From: an uncultured Bacteriovoracaceae bacterium
GTDB lineage: Bacteria; Bdellovibrionota; Bacteriovoracia; Bacteriovoracales; Bacteriovoracaceae
DNA: 64,000 nucleotides
Reading direction: 5' to 3'
Assembly: GCA_950070535.1 (NCBI GenBank)
Contig: CATMLK010000020.1
Coordinates: forward strand, 461-64,460
Position 1 is the first letter of the stretch. Every line of letters begins with the position of its first letter. Below the pieces are notes generated by a model. That model had not been told where the DNA came from. It searched no databases and saw only the letters and a program-made list of their open reading frames with translations. Positions 1 to 9,135 of this stretch are shown here, one piece after another. Made by a program: the position numbers and the translations under genes.

Positions 1-91
1 GCCTCTAATGATTGTGTTTCTCGGTGCCACGGTTTTCTTTGTTGTGATTTCTGTTATAATGCCGATGATGAAGTTGAATCAATTACGTTAA
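1..91 (+). CDS. gspF: 3' end of type II secretion inner-membrane platform protein GspF (5' part outside window)
   Basis: Frame open from the window edge reads PLMIVFLGATVFFVVISVIMPMMKLNQLR and ends at TAA 89-91. It is a hydrophobic terminal TM segment lying immediately upstream of gspG, as in the canonical gspF-gspG order. Confidence 0.55.
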   Translation, partial: PLMIVFLGATVFFVVISVIMPMMKLNQLR

Positions 92-105
92 AGGAGCGAT
101 AAGTA

Positions 106-558
106 ATGTTGAACATTGAAACAAACAAAAAGATTTTGGCCACTCAAAAGGGTCTAAGTTTAGTTGAGATTCTAATCGCGCTTACTCTACTTGCCATTGC
201 CGGTACTTTTGTAGTTGGCAGTGTTTTGGACAACCTAAGAGAAGGCGAAATTAAGTCTGCCAAAATTCAGATCAAAAATATAAGCGGAATTCTCACCGAT
301 TATAAAAGAAAATGTGGCACTTACCCTACTGAGGAACAAGGTCTGGATGCATTGATTGCAGCTCCAACGACAGGAAGAGAGTGTAAAAGATACCCGCCAA
401 ATGGGTTCATCCAAGGTGGAAAAATTCCTGAGGATCCTTGGGGATATGAGTTCATCTACAAAAGCAATGGACGTGACTTTGAAATTATCTCCACTGGACC
501 TGACGGCATGGAAGGTGGTGAAGGCGAAGACGCGGACATCTCCAGTAAGGATATTTAA
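106..558 (+). CDS. gspG: type II secretion major pseudopilin GspG
   Basis: AGGAG at 92-96 precedes ATG 106. Prepilin leader KG|LSLVEILIAL with Glu+5. GspG-type C-terminal block EDPWGYEFIYKS...GPDG. Confidence 0.9.
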   Translation: MLNIETNKKILATQKGLSLVEILIALTLLAIAGTFVVGSVLDNLREGEIKSAKIQIKNISGILTDYKRKCGTYPTEEQGLDALIAAPTTGRECKRYPPNGFIQGGKIPEDPWGYEFIYKSNGRDFEIISTGPDGMEGGEGEDADISSKDI

Positions 559-561
559 TTA

Positions 562-1242
562 TTGAACTATTCTTTTAAAAAGCTAGGCCACCAAGGCTTT
601 TCCCTTGTGGAAATCATGGTGGCCTTAATGCTTGTAGCCCTGGTATTTGCCATCATCCCTACAGAGTCTCGTGACGAAGAACATGAGAGACTTGAAAACG
701 TTGTCACCCAAATTGAGCGTGCCGTTCGTTTCGCCAATAATGAATCCATTTTAAGAAACTCTATGGTTAGACTCGTCATAGACTTGGAGAAGTCCCCTCA
801 AGAGATGTATGTCGAATACTCAACCGATGGTGGTTTGGCATTACCTAACTTTGCAGATGAGAGTGACCTTTCTTTATCGGAAAGAGAGGAAATGGCCAAA
901 AAAGTTAAAAATCTAGACTCCCAATTTCAAAAAGTATCGGAGTTCTCAGAAGAAAATGATCGACTACCTGAAGAGGTTCAAGTTTTAGGTCTTGCCAATG
1001 GCAGCAGGGACAACATTGTTGAATCTGGAAAGGCCAATATTTACTTCTACCCCACAGGTGAGAAAGATTCATCACTCATATTTCTAACTACCCGTGATGA
1101 AATGGCGACAGTTGACATACCTCCCTTTGAAAACACGACTTTTTCAGACTATTCTATCTATACACCCGCGGAATTAAATAATTTAGACAGTGCGCGGACA
1201 GACAAAATGAAAGAGTTGTACTCAGAATGGAAAAAAGACTAA
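562..1242 (+). CDS. gspH: minor pseudopilin, GspH-like (prepilin-type N-terminal cleavage/methylation domain)
   Basis: TTG start 3 nt after the gspG stop. Prepilin N-terminus HQG|FSLVEIMVAL. The H assignment rests on its position in the G-H-I-J-K series. Confidence 0.6.
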   Translation: MNYSFKKLGHQGFSLVEIMVALMLVALVFAIIPTESRDEEHERLENVVTQIERAVRFANNESILRNSMVRLVIDLEKSPQEMYVEYSTDGGLALPNFADESDLSLSEREEMAKKVKNLDSQFQKVSEFSEENDRLPEEVQVLGLANGSRDNIVESGKANIYFYPTGEKDSSLIFLTTRDEMATVDIPPFENTTFSDYSIYTPAELNNLDSARTDKMKELYSEWKKD

Positions 1243-1760
1243 TTTTTAACTTACATTCAAAAGGATTTTCTCTTGTCGAAGTCATGATCGCCATGACTTT
1301 GTTCGCATTGTTTATTACCGCTTTCTTGATGTCTCAAGGATCTAATATTGCAGGGTCTATTAATATGGAAGAAGACCTAACAATGCAGGCACTAGCTCAG
1401 AGAAAAATTAATGAAGTTCTGCTCGATAAACCTACATTTACCAACGCCACGGAGAATGACGTTGAAACAAAGAATTTCGAAGAAGAAGAGTATAAAAGAT
1501 ATAAGTACACTATTGAATATGTAAAACTTGAGTTCCCAAACTTTCAACAACTCACAGGCTCAGAGGAAGACGATCCCTACGGCGAGAACAGAACGAACGC
1601 TATTAAGAAAAGAGTTTTCGACAAACTAAAAAAGAACCTCGAGGAAATTCTTTGGCAAGTCAGAGTTACAATTACCAATACCGAAACTGACTACCAATAC
1701 TCACAAGCGACTTGGCTCACAAATGACGATGCGAAGATAGACACCAACTTTGGATTTTAA
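1227..1760 (+). CDS. gspI: minor pseudopilin, GspI-like
   Basis: ATG overlaps the gspH end by 16 nt. Prepilin N-terminus SKG|FSLVEVMIAM. 177 aa; third pseudopilin in the series. Confidence 0.6.
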   Translation: MEKRLIFNLHSKGFSLVEVMIAMTLFALFITAFLMSQGSNIAGSINMEEDLTMQALAQRKINEVLLDKPTFTNATENDVETKNFEEEEYKRYKYTIEYVKLEFPNFQQLTGSEEDDPYGENRTNAIKKRVFDKLKKNLEEILWQVRVTITNTETDYQYSQATWLTNDDAKIDTNFGF

Positions 1761-2690
1761 ATGAAAACTGGTCATATGACATTTGGAGAAAAAGGTTTCA
1801 CCTTGCTTGAGGTGATGATAGGTCTCGCCATACTATCATTCATTATGATTGGTGTTATAACCATCACTGACAGCAGTCAAGAAACAGCAATAAGGGTAAC
1901 CACAGAGGATAGAGAAAGACTCCAAGTCGAGACCGCCCTGTCACGGCTCGAGTGGGATATCTCTCAAGTATACTCTCCCCTATACTTTAGCCATGCAAAA
2001 GAGCCCACAGGGCTAAATGAACAACAGGGTCAAGCATATAACAGACTTATTAGTCGGTATTCGGTTAACAATAGATTTGCCTTTCCAAGCTATGACTCGC
2101 TTCCTGTTCCAATTAACAACTTGGAAGAAAAAACAGTCTTAACTTTGTTCACCTCTTCAAACCGAAGAAAGTTTAGGGATAGCAAACAGAGTCATTTTGC
2201 ATGGGTTCGCTATCAATTAACAGCTCCCGAAGAAGTAGCACGCCCCGACGAAGGGCCCGCTGAAGGAGAAGAAAACACAGGCTTTGTTTTGATAAGAAAG
2301 TTTGTGGCCGATGATGTTTTTAATCCAGAAGAAATTCTCTGGGAAGATGTTAAAAGCCAAGTGTTGCTAAGAAATGTTGATAAACTCGTTTTTGAATTAT
2401 GGAATCCAAAGACCAAAAAGTGGACTGACAATATTGCCACAATCAAAGATGGAAAGCACCGTATTCATGGCGTAAAGATGACACTTGATTGGGTTGATAC
2501 AGACGGCGTGGTTAGACAATTTATAAGAGTTTATCGCCCAATTTTTCCAGGAAATTTTCAGTCTGAAAACATGTACAAACTTCAGCAAACAGGAACAGCG
2601 ACAGGAACAGGAACAGGAACAGGAACAGGAACAGGAACTGGTACTGGTACTGGAAGCGGAACAGGCGGAAGTGGAGGTAGTGCCCAGTGA
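1761..2690 (+). CDS. gspJ: minor pseudopilin, GspJ-like, with C-terminal Thr-Gly repeat tail
   Basis: ATG abuts the gspI stop. Prepilin N-terminus EKG|FTLLEVMIGL. 309 aa, a GspJ-like size. Ends TGTATGTGTGTGTGTGTGTGTGSGTGGSGGSAQ. Confidence 0.6.
   Translation: MKTGHMTFGEKGFTLLEVMIGLAILSFIMIGVITITDSSQETAIRVTTEDRERLQVETALSRLEWDISQVYSPLYFSHAKEPTGLNEQQGQAYNRLISRYSVNNRFAFPSYDSLPVPINNLEEKTVLTLFTSSNRRKFRDSKQSHFAWVRYQLTAPEEVARPDEGPAEGEENTGFVLIRKFVADDVFNPEEILWEDVKSQVLLRNVDKLVFELWNPKTKKWTDNIATIKDGKHRIHGVKMTLDWVDTDGVVRQFIRVYRPIFPGNFQSENMYKLQQTGTATGTGTGTGTGTGTGTGTGSGTGGSGGSAQ
2589..2666 (+). repeat. coding hexanucleotide microsatellite: (ACAGGA)6 perfect core at 2601-2636 with degenerate flanks
   Basis: Read directly: acagga x6, then actggt actggt actgga agcgga acaggc. 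Encodes (Thr-Gly)n at the GspJ-like C-terminus. Confidence 0.95.
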
Positions 2691-4018
2691 AAAAGATTCT
2701 TAATAACGAATCAGGCGTCGCCTTACTTATGGTTACAACCGCCATAGTGATCTTGACAATGATCATGATGACCTTCACCTATGACAGCAAAATACATAAG
2801 TTACAATCATTCAACATTGAAGACAAAGCAAAGGCCAAACTTACTTCAGAGGCGGGGCTACAATTTGCGATGGTCAGGCTTAGGCTTTATAAGGAAGCGT
2901 TTAACTTTGTTCAAACGAACCAAAGTGCTAAGGATATAGCTACACAAGAAGTCATAAATTCGATTTGGAACTTTCCTTTTGTTTATCCAATTCCAGTTAC
3001 AGATCAAATGAACCAGATTCAAAAAGATTCCCTAAACGACTTTATGGAGTCTTCTGTTCTAGAGGGCAACCTTCAATTGACGATTGAAAACATCTCAAAC
3101 AGAATCAACCTTAATTTGATTAGATTATCCTTAATCGCGATGAGCGAAGAAGAGGAGAACCCACAAGAACCATCCGAAGAAGATGCTTCCTTTTCAGTTG
3201 ATCAACAACTGTTCAAGACACTAACTCTTGCAATGGAAAACAAATTTGAGAATGATGAAGATTTCGCCAATCGATACATGGGAAGGGATATTCAACAATA
3301 TGTTGATGTATTAAAATCTTATCTAAGCGACCCAGACACTGGGGCTCCAATGAGCCAAAACCTGTTTCAAGAAATACCGATGGAACCAAAGAACGCCCCA
3401 ATGGCATCATTCAGTGAAATGTACTCTCTACCTGTATGGGACGACGAGATTGTTGAACTAATTCAAAGGGATTTCACCGTTCACGGCGGTCTCATGATTG
3501 ACTTAAATAAAATTACAGATAAGACTCTAAGGCTCCTTCTCCCAGATTTAATGGACGAGGACATTGAAGATTTTTTTGAGTACAAAAATGACCCAGATAA
3601 TCCAGTCTATTTCAATTCATTGGATGATTTTAAAAAATATTGGGTTCAAAAAGCTAATGTAATTGGAGATGAAGACTTTACGAAAATCTTTGAAAAATTT
3701 GAGGCCCAAGGAATTAAGTTTGGCGCCTCCCCTACGATTTTCAAGGTCATCAGCGAAGGCATGATGGGCCGTGCATCTTATAAGCTCACCGCGTACATAA
3801 CATTGCCGGCCAAGCCCCAACCTAAACCAATCCAAGACAAAGATAAAGATGGAGTTCCAGACAGCGAAGACCCAGAGCCAGAAAATCCGGACGTACCTAA
3901 AAAAGGTGGCGCTCAAGGAAGCGGATCAGGTAGTGGTTCGGGAAGTGGATCAAGCACACAAAGCGAGCAAAAAACTCAACTTTTAGAACCAAGAATAGTC
4001 GAGATTTTCGTCAATTAA
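2687..4018 (+). CDS. gspK: minor pseudopilin GspK-like
   Basis: GTG start overlaps the gspJ stop (GTGA). N-terminus NESGVALLMVTTAIVIL resembles the GspK pseudopilin-like hydrophobic segment without Glu+5. 443 aa; fifth in the series. Confidence 0.65.
   Translation: MKKILNNESGVALLMVTTAIVILTMIMMTFTYDSKIHKLQSFNIEDKAKAKLTSEAGLQFAMVRLRLYKEAFNFVQTNQSAKDIATQEVINSIWNFPFVYPIPVTDQMNQIQKDSLNDFMESSVLEGNLQLTIENISNRINLNLIRLSLIAMSEEEENPQEPSEEDASFSVDQQLFKTLTLAMENKFENDEDFANRYMGRDIQQYVDVLKSYLSDPDTGAPMSQNLFQEIPMEPKNAPMASFSEMYSLPVWDDEIVELIQRDFTVHGGLMIDLNKITDKTLRLLLPDLMDEDIEDFFEYKNDPDNPVYFNSLDDFKKYWVQKANVIGDEDFTKIFEKFEAQGIKFGASPTIFKVISEGMMGRASYKLTAYITLPAKPQPKPIQDKDKDGVPDSEDPEPENPDVPKKGGAQGSGSGSGSGSGSSTQSEQKTQLLEPRIVEIFVN
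3917..3955 (+). repeat. coding (Gly-Ser)6 low-complexity tract with mixed codons
   Basis: ggaagc ggatca ggtagt ggttcg ggaagt ggatca agc, near the GspK-like C-terminus. Confidence 0.9.
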
Positions 4019-4056
4019 AGCTCGTAAAAGCAGCCAAGTTTGCTTAGACTATTAAT

Positions 4057-5652
4057 ATGCAAGTAATTTCAATTGATATAGGTACCTATTCAGTCAAGTT
4101 TTTAAAGTTTCGTGTAGAGAGAAATAAAATCGTATACGATAACGCCAGGGAAGTTGTTAACGACATTGGCGAACAAGCTCTCACCAATCAAGCTCAAGAC
4201 CAATTCCCACAATTGGACATTGTTCAGAGCTATCTTAGTGAGATCCAGGGCGAATATAGAGTAATATTCCACGCCCCTACTGAAATGCTTACAACAAGAT
4301 TTTTAAATTTACCTGTAAATAATAGGAAGAAGGCCCAACTGATGATTCCTTTTCAACTCGAAGAGGACATTCCTTACGGGATGGGACAAGCTCATATCGC
4401 TCACTCTATTAAGGTGGGAAAGGAATCTTCAACTGCATTGGTTGATATCGTTCCAAAGGAACAGTTTAGTCCATTCTTTAGGAAAATTGAGTCTAGCAAT
4501 CTCTTTCCAAAGGTAGTCACAAGCCAGGATTCTGTTTATCAAAACTATATTAAACGTGCACAGGACTCTCTGCCGCAGGCCTTCTGTGTCTTGGACATGG
4601 GACATACTTCCACTAAAGCATACTTCTATTTCAACGGTGAGCTAGTTGCTGTTCACAAGTCCTACATTGCCGGAAGAACCTTGGATGAGATCATTGCGGA
4701 AAACTATAAAATTGATCAGGAAGAGGCATCTCTTTACAAGCATCAAAATTGTTTCTTCCTAACAAAAGATCAATATTCCCAAGTAAACGAAAATCAGAAG
4801 ACTTTTGCCACCTTAATGGAGAAGGCAGTCACACCACTAATCCATGAATTTAAAAGATGGGAAATTGGGTTTAGAGTTCTTCACGGAGTTGGAATTTCTG
4901 AAGTATTCCTTACAGGTGGAACAAGCAATATTAAAAACGCCAACAACTTTTTTGCTGAGCAATTTGAAACACCAACAAGTTTCTTGGAAACATTCTCCCA
5001 TGGAGTTGATGCGTCAAAAATAGATCAAGATGAAAAGTTTAGAAGAAAATTCTCTTATGCTGATTTGCAATCCAAATCATACAGAGACAAATCAAGTATT
5101 GTTAACTTCTTGTCAGGGGAATTCTCTCTACAAGGACAAAGTGATTTACCTTTAGAGTCATTTGCTTTCTTAGCAACCAGGGCAGCATTTCTAACCTTGC
5201 TTGCAGTTCTATCGCTAGGACTGGAAAGGGTTGCAATCCATAAAGACCTGGGATCGGTGGATCGCTCCTTAAACTCAATAGCAAAAAACCCTGTTCTTGA
5301 ACTTACAGCAAGACAAAGAAGGTTATTGTCCAAGCAACCAGAGGGTGTGTTTAGAGAATTAAAAAGAAGAGATCAAGCAATTGAGCAGGAAATAAGTGTT
5401 CTTCAAGCAAGTGCCAATACAAATGCAATGAGCCCTCTAAAGGCACTGGCGAACCTAAGTTCAGGTCTAGATGTTGAGCTTATAAAATACTCCGCCCTTT
5501 CAGGAGCTGACTTCAATGCAGTATTTAAGGCAAAAAATGAAAAAGTTCTTAATCAATTAGAAGAAGGCATCGGTCTTTCTGGCATTAAGAACGTTTTCAC
5601 TGACAAGAACCAAAGCAAGCTAACTTTAGAAGTGAGCGGCTCGGAGGAATAA
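4057..5652 (+). CDS. gspL: T2SS assembly protein, GspL-like / PilM-type actin-like ATPase-fold protein with TM and periplasmic segment
   Basis: Actin-fold motifs ISIDIGTYSVKF, VLDMGHTSTKAYF, FLTGGTSNI. Single TM FAFLATRAAFLTLLAVLSLGL near residue 370. Lies after gspK. Confidence 0.6.
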   Translation: MQVISIDIGTYSVKFLKFRVERNKIVYDNAREVVNDIGEQALTNQAQDQFPQLDIVQSYLSEIQGEYRVIFHAPTEMLTTRFLNLPVNNRKKAQLMIPFQLEEDIPYGMGQAHIAHSIKVGKESSTALVDIVPKEQFSPFFRKIESSNLFPKVVTSQDSVYQNYIKRAQDSLPQAFCVLDMGHTSTKAYFYFNGELVAVHKSYIAGRTLDEIIAENYKIDQEEASLYKHQNCFFLTKDQYSQVNENQKTFATLMEKAVTPLIHEFKRWEIGFRVLHGVGISEVFLTGGTSNIKNANNFFAEQFETPTSFLETFSHGVDASKIDQDEKFRRKFSYADLQSKSYRDKSSIVNFLSGEFSLQGQSDLPLESFAFLATRAAFLTLLAVLSLGLERVAIHKDLGSVDRSLNSIAKNPVLELTARQRRLLSKQPEGVFRELKRRDQAIEQEISVLQASANTNAMSPLKALANLSSGLDVELIKYSALSGADFNAVFKAKNEKVLNQLEEGIGLSGIKNVFTDKNQSKLTLEVSGSEE

Positions 5653-6282
5653 ATGCCAAAACTTAATATAATGAGACCAATTGATAACGCAATTCTTGGA
5701 AAAGTAGAAGAACTCCAGTCTATTAAAGAAGTGCAAAAGGTACTTGATCTTTACTCCAATATGGATGAGAAGCCTCAAGAGATTGTTAAGATTGCTCTTG
5801 CAGCAATCCTATTTATTATACCTGCTATCGTAATTTTTATATTCATAGGCCTAAACAGCTCACTCAAGGGAGAGCTGGAAACCAAACAAGAACTGCTTAC
5901 CCTCTCACAAAATATAGTGAAGCAAAAAGCAGGTCTTCAAAATGTAAAAAGAGACGTCTTAGGAAGGGTTTTCATCTCCAACATGGGCGACATGCAAGGT
6001 CTTGTAAGTGGAGCCGCCACAGCTGCAGGCGTCGATAGTTCAAAAATTTCCGTATCCAAGTTTCAAGCTACTGAGCATGAAGGTCTTATCACTCAGGCCA
6101 CTATGGATATGAAGTTTAATAACCTATCAAGTACAGAATTCTTTGGATTGGTAAACACACTAAACAGTAGACAAAAAGTTAGATTTGACCAAATCACTGT
6201 AAACAAGAACTCTAGTTCAAACCTTCTTGAAGGTGTGGCCACAATTCATTATTATAGCCAAGACGAAAACAATAGCCTTTAA
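5653..6282 (+). CDS. gspM: T2SS protein GspM-like (bitopic membrane protein)
   Basis: ATG abuts the gspL stop. 209 aa with one TM (IALAAILFIIPAIVIFIFIGL). Assignment is positional. Confidence 0.5.
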   Translation: MPKLNIMRPIDNAILGKVEELQSIKEVQKVLDLYSNMDEKPQEIVKIALAAILFIIPAIVIFIFIGLNSSLKGELETKQELLTLSQNIVKQKAGLQNVKRDVLGRVFISNMGDMQGLVSGAATAAGVDSSKISVSKFQATEHEGLITQATMDMKFNNLSSTEFFGLVNTLNSRQKVRFDQITVNKNSSSNLLEGVATIHYYSQDENNSL

Positions 6283-6298
6283 ATAAAAAGAAGATATC

Positions 6299-7213
6299 GT
6301 GAACGAGAATACAAACGAAGTAAACTACGACTTGCCTAACTTTTCCAAGCCTAGATGGACTTTGTACGTCGCAGGCGTTTTTTTCGTCTCTTTTCTTTTA
6401 TACTTCCCTATTTCGGCGCAAGTTCAATCCTTCATAAAGAAGGCAGTTGGATCTTCACCGGCATGTCCTATAACTTACACCGATCTCGGCTTTCAACTAT
6501 TCATGCCAAAAGTTATTGTTAAGAATGTTAATTTACCTGCAAGTTGCTTTGGCAACTCAGGTGCTCCAATAGTTTTAGATAATCTGTTTCTACATATTAG
6601 AGGATTAAATTTTTCTCCAATTGGACCTCACTTTAAGGTTGAGACTCAGTTGTTTGGAAATCCACTAGAAGCATTTGTTACTGTTGGATTGTCCACAATG
6701 GCCATCAATTTAGATAATACAAAGCTCAACTTTTCTGAGCTCTCCAAGTTTCTTCCAGCTGGTGTCAAACTTAATGGTGACATTCAAGTGGATGCTCTTG
6801 CAAAAGCAGGACAATCTGGAATTCAAGATCTAAACCTTAAGGCCTCAAGTAAAAACCTTATCATTCCTTCCCAAAACATAATGGGCTTTGCTCTAACCAC
6901 ATTAAATATCAAGAACCTGCTTTTAAAGACGCAGATGGAATCAAACAATATGCTTAGGTTAACAGACCTAATTATTGGTGATGACAACTCTCCAATCAGA
7001 GGAAACCTTAAAGGCACTATTAGATTAAACCAACGAAATATAAACGCTTCCCCAATTGATTTGATTGGAGAAGTTGCTTTTTCTCAGGAATTCTTAGATA
7101 AATACGCTATCATCGGCATGGTTATGAACCAATTCGATAAAAGAGACGACTTTTACCAAATTCAACTGAAGGGAGCTTTAGGTAGTCCAATCCCCTCTTC
7201 ACCAAGTAAATAA
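6299..7213 (+). CDS. gspN: T2SS protein GspN-like
   Basis: GTG start. 304 aa with N-terminal TM WTLYVAGVFFVSFLLYF. Last gene of the T2SS block; assignment is positional. Confidence 0.45.
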   Translation: MNENTNEVNYDLPNFSKPRWTLYVAGVFFVSFLLYFPISAQVQSFIKKAVGSSPACPITYTDLGFQLFMPKVIVKNVNLPASCFGNSGAPIVLDNLFLHIRGLNFSPIGPHFKVETQLFGNPLEAFVTVGLSTMAINLDNTKLNFSELSKFLPAGVKLNGDIQVDALAKAGQSGIQDLNLKASSKNLIIPSQNIMGFALTTLNIKNLLLKTQMESNNMLRLTDLIIGDDNSPIRGNLKGTIRLNQRNINASPIDLIGEVAFSQEFLDKYAIIGMVMNQFDKRDDFYQIQLKGALGSPIPSSPSK

Positions 7214-8106
7214 TGAATCTAGAAAACAAATTAATTGAGATCTTTAAAAAACATGTTGAGCCAAACGACTTTGGTTCGGTTCTTGAATATATTATGTTTC
7301 CGGCAGGAAAACTATTTCGCCCAAAGCTGTCGTTGGCGATGGCAGAAGACTTGGGAGAAACAACTAGTGACAATTATCTTCTAGCACTGGCAATTGAAAC
7401 ACATCACGCGTACTCGCTTGTGCATGACGACCTCCCTTGCATGGATGATGATGATATGAGACGAGGACGCCCTGCGGCCCACATCAAGTACGGAGAATGG
7501 AAGGCCCTACTTGCAGGCGACTCCTTAATTAACCTATCATATGAATTTCTAGCTTCAATGAAACATCCCAATACGGCATCAATAGCATTAGACTTTTCAA
7601 AAATGATGGGAGCTCAGGGACTCATACTAGGTCAAGTTTTAGACCTTTCCCATCAAAACAAAAATTTTGAAGACACTCTATTAATGCATGAACTCAAGAC
7701 GGGAAGACTTATTCAGTTCTCCCTCCTAGGATCCCAACTTCTTTCAAAGAATCCCTCTATAACTAGAGCTGAAACACTTCTTCTAGGAAAACACATGGGC
7801 ATCAACTTTCAACTCTTTGATGACTTGGCGGAGCTTGGAGACCCAACAGATGAGCATGAAGAACAAGTTAATGCTTTCTTAAATTATAATGCAGAATCAA
7901 CCCTTGAATACATTGTACAGGGGAACGAGCTGATTAAGAAAATATTGGACAAACATTCACTTAACACAGTTGCAGAAGTCTACCAAAGTTATCTAAATAA
8001 AGTTTCAAGTAAAATTGAAAGCTCCTTTGGGACTATTGTAGACAGCTTGAAAACTAACTCACCATCTTTCAAAGAGAAACTAGAAAAGGCCCTTTTGACA
8101 TTTTAA
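7213..8106 (+). CDS. ispA: farnesyl diphosphate synthase / polyprenyl synthetase
   Basis: First Asp-rich motif LVHDDLPCMDDDDMRRGRP and second Asp-rich motif FQLFDDLAE. ATG overlaps the gspN stop (TAATG). Confidence 0.85.
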   Translation: MNLENKLIEIFKKHVEPNDFGSVLEYIMFPAGKLFRPKLSLAMAEDLGETTSDNYLLALAIETHHAYSLVHDDLPCMDDDDMRRGRPAAHIKYGEWKALLAGDSLINLSYEFLASMKHPNTASIALDFSKMMGAQGLILGQVLDLSHQNKNFEDTLLMHELKTGRLIQFSLLGSQLLSKNPSITRAETLLLGKHMGINFQLFDDLAELGDPTDEHEEQVNAFLNYNAESTLEYIVQGNELIKKILDKHSLNTVAEVYQSYLNKVSSKIESSFGTIVDSLKTNSPSFKEKLEKALLTF

Positions 8107-8152
8107 CCACTTCGTTCAATTATATTCTCATAAACCACACTGAGAGGACTTT

Positions 8153-8569
8153 ATGAGCAATTTAAAAGAACAAGTTAATGATGGCATTAAGGCCGCAATG
8201 AAGGCCAAGGACAAAACTAGGCTGAACGTTCTTAGATACCTTAAAAAACTTTTTATAGAGAATGACACGTCCGGAAAACCCGCTCCAGAAATGGATATTG
8301 TAGTATCCCATGCAAAGAAGACCAAAGACTCTTTAGCAATGTATCCTGAAGGAAGTTCTCAAAGGGAAGAAATTGAAAGGGAAATAAAAGTCTTGGAAGA
8401 ATTTTTGCCAAAAGCACTTTCAGAAGAGGAAGTCTCAAGACTAATTGAGGAAATCAAAAAATCTCAAGATAACCCAAATATGGGTTCAATAATGAAGGAG
8501 CTTACTCCTAGAATCAAAGGTAGATTTGACGGAAAACTTGCCTCTCAGATGGTTAAAAACTCTATCTAG
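8153..8569 (+). CDS. GatB/YqeY domain protein
   Basis: 138 aa. N-terminus LKEQVNDGIKAAMKAKDKTRLNVLRYL and C-terminal MGSIMKELTPRIKGRFDGKLASQMVK are typical of the YqeY family. Confidence 0.75.
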   Translation: MSNLKEQVNDGIKAAMKAKDKTRLNVLRYLKKLFIENDTSGKPAPEMDIVVSHAKKTKDSLAMYPEGSSQREEIEREIKVLEEFLPKALSEEEVSRLIEEIKKSQDNPNMGSIMKELTPRIKGRFDGKLASQMVKNSI

Positions 8570-9135
8570 TTCCAACCATGCTTTTGCTCAAGCTCTTGGA
8601 TTTGTCCTAAGAGCTTGCTTAGCTTTTTCTTAGCAGAAACTAAACTTACAACATCCTGATCCGCCAATGAGTGCTGATGTACCTTAACTTCCTTTTTAAA
8701 CCTGGAAGCAAGTGGTCCGGCCTTACATACAAATTCTCCTTCGTCTCTAGAAGGAGAGGCCATTTTTGTGCCTTTATCAATCACTTCCTCAAGTGCATCT
8801 CTCAAGTCTTGTGATTGTGCATTTAGATCTTGTTTATTTTCCACAGTGTCTGACTCATCAAGCTCAAGACTGGACAACGCCTCCAACTCTTCATCAAGAA
8901 CTTGTTTGGCCTCGGGGATTGATTTTTTGTCTTCAAACAACAGTTTTTTGATTGTTTTAATGACTAACAAATCACTCTTATCATAGGACTTTACACCATC
9001 TTCATTTTGAAGAGGGCTTATTTGATGAAATTCAGTTTCCCAAAATCTTAAAACATAAGGTTTTACACCTGTAAGAGATGCAACCTCATTAAACTTGTAT
9101 CCAGTTTTTTCGGGAGTTTGAATTCCAAAATCCAT
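8566..9135 (-). CDS. MerR-family transcriptional regulator
   Basis: N-terminal MerR HTH YKFNEVASLTGVKPYVLRFWETEF. Start overlaps the ihfA stop (TAATG). Confidence 0.8.
   Translation of the reverse strand: MDFGIQTPEKTGYKFNEVASLTGVKPYVLRFWETEFHQISPLQNEDGVKSYDKSDLLVIKTIKKLLFEDKKSIPEAKQVLDEELEALSSLELDESDTVENKQDLNAQSQDLRDALEEVIDKGTKMASPSRDEGEFVCKAGPLASRFKKEVKVHQHSLADQDVVSLVSAKKKLSKLLGQIQELEQKHGWN

Noticed and set aside
2589-2666. Possible CRISPR-like or phase-variation repeat
   Set aside because: The units are 6 nt with no spacers and lie in frame inside a CDS. Slippage preserves the frame, so this is neither a CRISPR array nor an on/off switch.
2521-2778. 85-aa minus-strand ORF containing FLFLFLFLFLF
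   Set aside because: It is the antisense read-through of the (ACAGGA)n Thr-Gly microsatellite inside the gspJ-like gene. It has no start context and lies entirely inside better-supported genes.
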